Part shown: in pieces, positions 56,769 to 64,000 of the stretch
How positions within the stretch are numbered: position 1 is the stretch's first letter
Layout of the letters: every line of letters begins with the position of its first letter
Source: a virus
Direction: 5' to 3' (one strand)
Length of the DNA stretch: 64,000 nucleotides
IMG/VR virus record: IMGVR_UViG_3300050821_004383
Location: 34,516 to 98,515 of that record
The notes under the pieces: generated by a model
Told to the model about the DNA's origin: nothing
The model's database searches: none
The model's input: the letters and a program-made list of their open reading frames with translations, nothing else
Program-made: the position numbers and the translations under genes

Positions 56769-59054
56769 TTACTGTCTCTTACCCGTTTGCGGGTTGTACT
56801 TGTTGCCTTGCGCGTCTTGAATCGAACCGTCCATTGTCTGCCATACGAGTGTTCCATCGGCAGCCTTGCCCGCTGCTACACCCGGCTTCGCGGTCTTGGG
56901 AGGAATTGCGCCCTGGCTCGGATTAATCGGCTTACTGAATGAAGAAGTTCCTTTCGTCTGGGTGATTGCATCTACGTCAACGCCGAACTGGCGAAGAATG
57001 CTGGCAGAGTCTTCTTGTAGAAGACCTGGGATGTTACCCCCACCCATAATGGTGTTATAACGTCCGTTCATGCTCTTCGCGCGAGCGGCAACTAGTCCGG
57101 CCATCGCACGGAACGTTGATTGAAGTTCCGCAGGCGTGTGGTCCATGTTAACCGCTGCGGCCAAGCGCTCTTCCTGTTCTGTGGGAGGAACGTGTCCATT
57201 CTTAATGAAGCCAAGAAATTCATCCTTCGCGGCTTCCGCTTCGACCTTAAATGCTTGCGCTTCCTCGAAGCCAACCGCTCCCGCCTTGACCTTATTGATT
57301 GCGGTGTTGAGAATCGGTGAACCCATGTTGCGCAGTCCCTCGATGCTTCTGTTCGCTGCGCCCGTGTGCATCGAGAAGCGGTTCAAGCTGTCAACCTGTC
57401 CACCCATGCTGGTCGGTGTATCCTTCGCCAAATCTTGCTGCATGTTGTAGCGCTGTCTATAGACGGCCTCGCTCCATTCTGGACCGCCGCGTCTCTTAGA
57501 CTCCGCTATCATTCTGGCCTTAAATTCGGCGTTTGTGTTCTTGCGCATCGAGTACAATTTATTCGGGTCGAGATTGTACTTCAATGCAGAATCAACCAAA
57601 GAATTTACGTCGTCGTCATTGAGAGCGTTCGTAGCTTCTGCCTTGTTCTTCTCTTTCGTATTCTCGTAATCAAGGCTTGCCTTAGCCGATGCTTCCGCTT
57701 GAGTTTGAATGCGGGTAAGCATCTTCTTTTGCTGGTCGGTGTAGTTGTTCTGGCCTGACAGCATTTCCTTCACGGATGCCGCAATACCCGCAGCCTCTTC
57801 GCCGTGGGCCGCGTCAACCTTCTTTTGAAGGTCGGTAACCATCGACATAGCGTCGTCTGACTTCTTCTGGTAATCCGCGATATCCGACTTGCTGACCGCG
57901 ACTCCCAAGAAGTTCGATAACTTGGTGCGCTCTTCGGTATACTGCGCAATCTGGGCGTTCGCTTTATCGAGTGCCTGTTGATTGTTTGCGGCCTTCGCGT
58001 TAGCTGCATCTTGCGTGTATTGAGCAATGTGCTTATCCGCGTTATCCATATGCTGCAAAAGGCCAGCTGCCGCGCTACCCGGGACTTCCGAGACAGCCGC
58101 TTGAACTGATTTATCGTTCAAACCAGAAACAAGGCTCTTCAAATGGTCGTCATCAAACTTCTTCCCGTTCACCATTTCTAGTTTGTCAAGCGCATTACGA
58201 GCCGCGTTCAACTTAGTTGTGTAAGCGTAGTGCTGGTCTTGGGTCAACAAGGTACCGACTGGCAACTTCTCGCCCAGCAATCTGCCCGCAGCGGCTGATT
58301 CGTCTGCCGTAACTTTTTCGGGCGTATCTTGGCCGTCTTTCGCTGTTTTGCTTGAATACGAATAAGTCGGCATCATAACTGGAATGCCGTCCTTATCCTT
58401 CTTAACCTCGCCGCTCGCGTCGAGCATCGGGACCTGTCCCGTAATCTTCATGTAGTGATTAGCAACCCAATCCGGGTTCTTCACAAGCTGCATGGCTTCA
58501 TCGTGAGAAACATTTTCAGTAACGTCGTAGTTCTTCTTACGAACCTCGAAGTAATCCTGGTTCTCTTGAAGGCCCTTCTGACGAAGTTCTTCATCTTGAC
58601 GCCAGATGTTGCGGTTGTGCGCCACAGTCTCTGCCTGATTCTTCGCGTGCAGCATCGCGTCGTTCTGCTCTTGACGCAGTCGCTGTTGACGCGCGTTCAG
58701 CGCGTTTGCCACGCCTGATAGCCAGCCGCCCTTGGTGTCGCTCGCGTGGGCCGCATCACTTCCGATTCCTGTTACCGCACTACTCAACTTATCAGCAAAT
58801 GAACCCGGAGGCGGTTGAGGACGGTCTTCAACAGGTTGCGCAGCTTGTGCCTTCTGCACATCCATCGCCTTCGCCTTTTGTGCGATTTCGGATGTTTGAG
58901 CCTTCTTAGCTAGGTCCATCACAAACAGCTTCGAAAAAGCGTCATGCAAGTCGGGAGAAGCCTGCGAAAGACCGGAAAGAATCGGCGCAGCGCCGGAAGG
59001 TATTCCGGCAGGTTCCTGAGTTTGCTGCTGTTGAATATCTGGTGTATCTGTCAT
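56769..59054 (-). CDS. internal virion/DNA ejection protein
   Basis: 761 aa, helical and Q/A-rich; sits between the pilot-like gene and the large protein. Confidence 0.65.
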   Translation of the reverse strand: MTDTPDIQQQQTQEPAGIPSGAAPILSGLSQASPDLHDAFSKLFVMDLAKKAQTSEIAQKAKAMDVQKAQAAQPVEDRPQPPPGSFADKLSSAVTGIGSDAAHASDTKGGWLSGVANALNARQQRLRQEQNDAMLHAKNQAETVAHNRNIWRQDEELRQKGLQENQDYFEVRKKNYDVTENVSHDEAMQLVKNPDWVANHYMKITGQVPMLDASGEVKKDKDGIPVMMPTYSYSSKTAKDGQDTPEKVTADESAAAGRLLGEKLPVGTLLTQDQHYAYTTKLNAARNALDKLEMVNGKKFDDDHLKSLVSGLNDKSVQAAVSEVPGSAAAGLLQHMDNADKHIAQYTQDAANAKAANNQQALDKANAQIAQYTEERTKLSNFLGVAVSKSDIADYQKKSDDAMSMVTDLQKKVDAAHGEEAAGIAASVKEMLSGQNNYTDQQKKMLTRIQTQAEASAKASLDYENTKEKNKAEATNALNDDDVNSLVDSALKYNLDPNKLYSMRKNTNAEFKARMIAESKRRGGPEWSEAVYRQRYNMQQDLAKDTPTSMGGQVDSLNRFSMHTGAANRSIEGLRNMGSPILNTAINKVKAGAVGFEEAQAFKVEAEAAKDEFLGFIKNGHVPPTEQEERLAAAVNMDHTPAELQSTFRAMAGLVAARAKSMNGRYNTIMGGGNIPGLLQEDSASILRQFGVDVDAITQTKGTSSFSKPINPSQGAIPPKTAKPGVAAGKAADGTLVWQTMDGSIQDAQGNKYNPQTGKRQ

Positions 59055-59066
59055 TTTATTCCTCGA

Positions 59067-59750
59067 TTACCCGAAAAAGCCGCCGGAACCAAAAATCTTA
59101 CCGCCGCCCAGACTGCTCAAAAAGTTCGAATCATTTGCCATGCTAAGACCGCCCGTAGCAGCGCCCATAGCGAGCGAAGTGATGCCGCCAGCAATCATCT
59201 GGTCTCTTTGAGCTTGCTGTTCTTGAATCGTCTTTGCTTGTCCGAACGATGACTCGTTAGAACTGATTGCGCCGCTTGCTGAGGCATTCGGGTTATAGCC
59301 TGCTGCCAACTGTTGCTCAGCACCTTGTGCACGCCAGTAGTTTTCACTACCCTTGGCATAGTCTTGAGCTACGATGTCGCCTTGTACATTGCCGAGGTTT
59401 GTCGCTACCTGGGTGCCGATGCTAGACTCAATCTGTTTTGTGATGCCGGAAGTTACGCCGCTGGTTGCGCCGCCGCCTTCCCCTGCTCCGAACGTGCGTG
59501 CCGCTTGTTGCGCGGAACGGTTTGCCGCGCCCGCCGCGTTGATTGCTTGAGTGTTGCGTGCTGCAAGTTCTTCCGCGCTAAATCCGTGCTGATTCGGTCC
59601 CGCAGCTAGAATCGGGCTGAGAGAGGCACCTAGTTTATCCAGAACATCCAACTGTCTGTTAAACTGGGTGTCGTAGTGCTGTTGCAGTACCGAGGAGAAA
59701 TTCTGACTCGATGCTTGTAGCGATTCTTCTTGGGCTGTTGGTCCGCACAT
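59067..59750 (-). CDS. DNA transfer/pilot-like internal virion protein
   Basis: MCGP start; A/G/S/Q-rich with a Gly-rich hydrophobic tail, as in podophage ejection proteins. Confidence 0.65.
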   Translation of the reverse strand: MCGPTAQEESLQASSQNFSSVLQQHYDTQFNRQLDVLDKLGASLSPILAAGPNQHGFSAEELAARNTQAINAAGAANRSAQQAARTFGAGEGGGATSGVTSGITKQIESSIGTQVATNLGNVQGDIVAQDYAKGSENYWRAQGAEQQLAAGYNPNASASGAISSNESSFGQAKTIQEQQAQRDQMIAGGITSLAMGAATGGLSMANDSNFLSSLGGGKIFGSGGFFG

Positions 59751-60182
59751 TTATTTCTTTTCCTCGAAATCCAGTCGGTAATCGTCATTGCCGACTGACT
59801 TGAAACCTAGATGCTTATCCATAAATCCGATTAGACTCGGACTCACGGAGTTGAACACGAGGCCCTTCTTGCCCTCGCTCTCGTAAAGTTTGATAAGGCT
59901 CTTCACAGCGTAAATCATGCCAACCACTAAACGGCGGTTTGAAACTTCCGTCTTCGGCGCGAACTGGGTGTGAATACGAACATACTCTCCTTCTTCATCA
60001 AGACGCACGTAAGTGAGAGGTCCTCGGTCGTCCATCAAACAGAAGGCTAGCAGACTGCCAGCCGCTCCGGTCAACCACCACTCAGGTTGTCCCAAGTGGA
60101 AATGGTAGGGGTCGTGAAGTATCCACTCCCCTAGCTGTTCCAAGTCTTCGTATGTTGAAGGAGTAAATTTAATCATGGTCAC
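59751..60182 (-). CDS. GNAT-fold virion assembly protein candidate
   Basis: Position just before the ejection genes; FMDKHLGFK C-terminal GNAT-like motif. Confidence 0.55.
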   Translation of the reverse strand: MTMIKFTPSTYEDLEQLGEWILHDPYHFHLGQPEWWLTGAAGSLLAFCLMDDRGPLTYVRLDEEGEYVRIHTQFAPKTEVSNRRLVVGMIYAVKSLIKLYESEGKKGLVFNSVSPSLIGFMDKHLGFKSVGNDDYRLDFEEKK

Positions 60183-60871
60183 GTCGTTATAATGATGACT
60201 GAGCCTCTTTTCGCGGAAGCGGAACCTTTGAAGGAAGTAAAGAGAACGTTCCAGTTGGTGTTGTTGTTCGTGAATGTAACAACCGCACCCGTCTGTAGAG
60301 TGTTTACGACGTTGTGTGCTATACCAGTAAGATTCGTGCTGTTTCCTTGAATAGTCCCGTTGTCTAGCGTGTATCCGCTATTAACGGCGGTGGTTGTTAG
60401 ACCACCTGACACGGTAGAGATAAATGCAATCAGAACTTCGTTTGCTGTTGAGGTTGTGTAAGCTGATGAAGCCCCCGCCGTTCCGTTACCAGTATTCGTG
60501 TTTGAAACATCTAGTACGATGTTAGACGCACCGCCGAGGTCGTAGGCAGCCATCGTAGAGAAATTCACGGTGCCTGTGTAATTAGCCTTTACGATGTTAG
60601 CAGCGTTTCCAAGACAGTTCGATGCAACCCAGATTTGGTCCCAGAGTGTTCCACCAGACGAAAAACCGTGCCCTGCAAAAACAGGCGTATACGTATTACC
60701 TGCTGTATCAGTGATACTCGAAAGTGCGTTGCCGCTCGTGCTCGGGTCGTAAAGTTCTGTTGCTACGACGATGGTGTTCCCGGCAGCTTGGTTGTACGCC
60801 CCCAAAGATATGGACGTGTTTCCACTGTTTCCAGTTCCAGTAGACCCTATGAACGTTGCTGATAGTGCCAT
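60179..60871 (-). CDS. tail fibre/decoration protein
   Basis: T/G/N/S-rich beta domain (SITDTAGNTY), similar to an internal domain of 61603..63090. Confidence 0.6.
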   Translation of the reverse strand: MALSATFIGSTGTGNSGNTSISLGAYNQAAGNTIVVATELYDPSTSGNALSSITDTAGNTYTPVFAGHGFSSGGTLWDQIWVASNCLGNAANIVKANYTGTVNFSTMAAYDLGGASNIVLDVSNTNTGNGTAGASSAYTTSTANEVLIAFISTVSGGLTTTAVNSGYTLDNGTIQGNSTNLTGIAHNVVNTLQTGAVVTFTNNNTNWNVLFTSFKGSASAKRGSVIIITT

Positions 60872-61602
60872 TAGAATCTGTATCCTTGCAGGGTTATTCC
60901 AACATCCGTCAAAGTCGTGTCTGCGGTTGCTGGTCCATCAAGTTCAAAAATGTCTGTTGTCCCGTTAAAGGATGCGTCCGCCGCCTGTGTCCAAGTGTAC
61001 GTAACGCCGCCCGCGTTGAACTGAATCGTTGCAAAGCTGGTACCGTTTTTCTTAAACGTATAAACCGTGTTCGCGGTCGCGTTCGCTGTTGCCGCACCTG
61101 TTGATTTCGGAGCACCAGCCGGAAAGATACAAGTTCTGGTTGGAATGAACTTTGCTAGAACCTGTGCGTTCGAACCCAATCCTGGGGAGAACACCGTTAC
61201 ATCGAATACTCTTGGAGACCCGGTTTCATAGTTGGTGCCATCGGAATAAATTACAACTGCGTCGCCTTGCCACAAATTCATATCGGTAGACTTACCGTCG
61301 ATTGTGAGACCGTTTCGAGAAATGGTCAGAATACCCGTTCCGATATTCTTTACAACAATCTGCCACGTCGATGCTGGCGCGGGATTCAACAGAGTAAGCG
61401 TGGTTGCAGCCGCAGAGTTCATTTGAATCAACTTACCAGCATCACCAGCCGCGACGGCATAGCTTCCAGTCTTAACCAGGACGCCATTCCCGAGTCCTAG
61501 GCCGTAGTACGCAGAATCATTGCCCGCGCCGTCTGTTTGCCACTTGACGTTTGCCGACCCCGCTGGGGCTGCTGGCGTAGTGTCGTTGAAATTACTTGCC
61601 AT
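60871..61602 (-). CDS. tail fibre-like protein
   Basis: YAVAAGDAGKLI, VKNIGTGILTI, TIDG, IYSDGTNY fibre-module motifs. Confidence 0.7.
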   Translation of the reverse strand: MASNFNDTTPAAPAGSANVKWQTDGAGNDSAYYGLGLGNGVLVKTGSYAVAAGDAGKLIQMNSAAATTLTLLNPAPASTWQIVVKNIGTGILTISRNGLTIDGKSTDMNLWQGDAVVIYSDGTNYETGSPRVFDVTVFSPGLGSNAQVLAKFIPTRTCIFPAGAPKSTGAATANATANTVYTFKKNGTSFATIQFNAGGVTYTWTQAADASFNGTTDIFELDGPATADTTLTDVGITLQGYRF

Positions 61603-63090
61603 TTATCCTCCGTCCAGGGTTCCGTTAATCTTAACGCCCCAAGCCGCTGCGAAGTCTTTCACTCCGTTGATATCTACTTCTTTGTCTGTGGCAACTCCGA
61701 TTCCGTTAACTCTCATTGCCACGGGAATCGCCGGAATGATGCTCACGTCCGATGAACCGTTTCCTGGGTTATCCACCACCGTGAACGAAGAAGAGAAGTT
61801 CAACTTCGGTTCTTGCGGGAGAGAAACTCCCGCGCTTTGAACTATTTGATAAAAGAGACTCGGTTGTATTCCGCGTTCCGTAAACCAGTTAGTTCCATCG
61901 TACACTACGATAAGACCACTAGCAGGTCCGATAGTTACAGGACTGCTGCTGTTGTCGATTAGCGCGGTTGACCTAAGTAGAAAGGTTCCGGTTCCGGTGT
62001 TCTGAATGTACGTATACCAGCCTGCCAAAAACCCGTCTGGCAAAAACCCGGCTGGCTTGAAAGCCGCTAGTACTCTACCATCACCGTTATTCAAGTTCGG
62101 AGTCGTGGCGTTTATAACGCTTACCATTGTTTGCGACGCCGTAACAATCTGGTCTTGGATGATTTGAAAGCCGTCGTTATATCTCCCGGTCCACGGAGCG
62201 GCGGAAGCGTGAGCACCGCCTAGTGCTCCCGGTGCGCCAAATACGACCAAGTCGTTCGGAGTTATCGTCACAACGGCGACCGAGGTGTTTCCTCCGAAAG
62301 ATGTAGTATCTAAAGAATTGAGTGTTTTTATTCCGGAGTACTCAACTATCGAAAGAGTCGTCCCGGAAGCACCGCCGGAACCGTGAACCGCAACAACCGT
62401 GATTGCGTTCGCCCCCGGCTTTACACCTTCGGCATACCAAACTGCTGACGCGGTTAATCCCGGGTCAGTTATAAAAGCAAGCTGACGCCACACGTTGTTG
62501 TTCGAATCGGAAACAGCGAAAGTTGTGTTGGCGGCTGCTCTCTGGCTGTTTATAACAAGAAACAACATGTTTCCAGCGTTGTTGGTTATGTTGAGTATTG
62601 TTGTGTCCGGACCCGAAGTGTGTGCGGCTTGAAAGAACGCCGCAGTAGATACGTTCGGGCCTGGGAGAGTTATAATCCCTCCCAAGTTGTTGTTAAACGT
62701 GATAAGCGTATCACGGTCGTTTACTTGAACGTCGTACGTTGACCCTGTTTGCTTGTTCGTCGCAATTGATTCAACGTCCGCCGCAGCAGAACCACCACCG
62801 GAACCAACTATAGCGGTAATTCTTGACGTGCTTTCAGCCGCCGCGTTACTGAACGGGTTAGCCTGATTTCCCAACGGCATCAGCGCGTTCTTTGGAATAC
62901 GCGGTGAAGCCATTTCAGTGCCGACGAACTTCGTATCGTGTTGCAACGCTGGCGACAAAGAGCCGGAAAAATACTGCGGCATATCGTGCGGAACAGGCGG
63001 CGCAGGAGCACCTGCTGGAATTGGATTTTCCACTGGTTGCCAATTTGCAGGGATGTTCTTTTCATCCATCAAATTAGGATTGTCTGGCAT
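61603..63090 (-). CDS. tail fibre-like protein
   Basis: YDVQVNDRDTLI, IQNTGTGT, VYDGTNW motifs. Confidence 0.7.
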   Translation of the reverse strand: MPDNPNLMDEKNIPANWQPVENPIPAGAPAPPVPHDMPQYFSGSLSPALQHDTKFVGTEMASPRIPKNALMPLGNQANPFSNAAAESTSRITAIVGSGGGSAAADVESIATNKQTGSTYDVQVNDRDTLITFNNNLGGIITLPGPNVSTAAFFQAAHTSGPDTTILNITNNAGNMLFLVINSQRAAANTTFAVSDSNNNVWRQLAFITDPGLTASAVWYAEGVKPGANAITVVAVHGSGGASGTTLSIVEYSGIKTLNSLDTTSFGGNTSVAVVTITPNDLVVFGAPGALGGAHASAAPWTGRYNDGFQIIQDQIVTASQTMVSVINATTPNLNNGDGRVLAAFKPAGFLPDGFLAGWYTYIQNTGTGTFLLRSTALIDNSSSPVTIGPASGLIVVYDGTNWFTERGIQPSLFYQIVQSAGVSLPQEPKLNFSSSFTVVDNPGNGSSDVSIIPAIPVAMRVNGIGVATDKEVDINGVKDFAAAWGVKINGTLDGG

Positions 63091-64000
63091 TACGTTTCAA
63101 CCATCAGACGACCGAAAATCGTCATATTGTACAACTCGTCCGGATTAGTGGTGGTACCGAAGTCCACCTTAACCTGCATGTGGCGGCAACGAGCTACCAA
63201 CGCGTTCGCGCTGAAATAGTAGCGATTCGGGCTGTAAGTCAACGGAGTAATCGTATCACCGTACAAAGACGGTGGGTCGAACTGCGGCGTGTTATTAATT
63301 CCGTTTACGAACGGCGTGAAGGTGCCGCTCAGTTCGTTCAACAAATAGCTGACCGTCGGCTGGAACTTCACACCGGAGAAGTCGAACTCCAAGTGCTTCA
63401 AAATTGCAAGCTGTCCGGAGTGAGCGAGCGCGATACTGCCCATCGTGAACTGAGCGTTGTACGGAGTCCCGTTATCCGTGAACGTCGTAAGACTACGAGA
63501 AAGGATGACGCTGCCGGGAGTAGAACCACCAGCTAACAACTTCTTGATACCAGGAGAAACCTCGACGCTCTGAACCATCTTGCAGCCGCCCGTGATTGCA
63601 CCGAACGGGGACCAGATTGGTTCCGGACCTTGTGCAGCGCCCGGTACTTGGTGAGGATTCAAACGATACCACCCGGTTGAGCCGTCTGCAACGAAGATGC
63701 AGTTATCGGTCCCGTTCTGGTGAACCGCAACGTAAACCTTCTTCGGGTCCCAGGTCGCATCCGAGATTCCGGATACAGGCTGATTTGCAAACTGGTCGCC
63801 CAGAGGGAATCCGAAGTTCGACAAGTTCAACGAAGGAGTGATTACGCGGAACATGTTATCGTTGGAGAAGAAATAAATTTCTCCCGCAAACACGTCGCAC
63901 GCGTTGAAGCTGAGCAACCCAACGCCCGGGGCCATCGTCACCGAGAAGAACGTTCCTGTCGCTGGTCCACCGCCGATTATCTCAATGCTGTCGGTCAAGA
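63090..64000 (-). CDS. tail nozzle/stabilisation (beta-propeller) protein, partial; 5' end lies outside the window
   Basis: Open frame runs to the window edge; beta-rich with RCRHMQVKVDF C-terminus typical of podophage nozzle proteins. Confidence 0.55.
   Translation of the reverse strand, partial: LTDSIEIIGGGPATGTFFSVTMAPGVGLLSFNACDVFAGEIYFFSNDNMFRVITPSLNLSNFGFPLGDQFANQPVSGISDATWDPKKVYVAVHQNGTDNCIFVADGSTGWYRLNPHQVPGAAQGPEPIWSPFGAITGGCKMVQSVEVSPGIKKLLAGGSTPGSVILSRSLTTFTDNGTPYNAQFTMGSIALAHSGQLAILKHLEFDFSGVKFQPTVSYLLNELSGTFTPFVNGINNTPQFDPPSLYGDTITPLTYSPNRYYFSANALVARCRHMQVKVDFGTTTNPDELYNMTIFGRLMVET

Noticed and set aside
1-64000. Alternative genetic code (stop-codon reassignment)
   Set aside because: Conserved enzymes are full length under the standard code and all three stop codons end genes; the single internal stop in polA needs a frame change, not readthrough.

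Overview
This 64 kb window is most of a tailed dsDNA bacteriophage genome with podovirus-like virion/ejection genes; an Acidobacteriota host is a weak inference from the PG-binding protein style. Layout: (i) the start of a leftward, probably late, operon of small proteins (34-3111, - strand). (ii) A 1.45 kb non-coding divergence region (3112-4590) with IHF-like boxes, a 41-bp inverted repeat around an AT-rich core and ten TGATATCA boxes, followed by a ribbon-helix-helix gene. (iii) A long rightward early/middle arm (4600-51530) with many small ORFs, a promoter-driven cluster of structured non-coding elements (11195-12065) including a tRNA-like RNA, Endo VII, a T5 A1-like nuclease, dNMP kinase, HD hydrolase, DEDDh exonuclease, primase-polymerase/helicase, and a family A DNA polymerase. 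The polymerase is split by an HNH gene and needs a +1 shift at a prfB-like CTT-TAA-C site to rebuild motif A. The arm also has a RecT-like annealase, UvrD, a PD-(D/E)XK nuclease, phosphoesterases, a GH108 endolysin, two secreted proteins, a tyrosine recombinase and a NARP1-type NAD+ reconstitution pair. (iv) The distal virion module (51577-64000, - strand): tail/nozzle and fibre genes, ejection proteins, and a 1615-aa multi-domain protein carrying an out-of-frame nested gene. Capsid, portal and terminase genes are not in the window. All family calls come from motif recognition by eye; no database searches were run.
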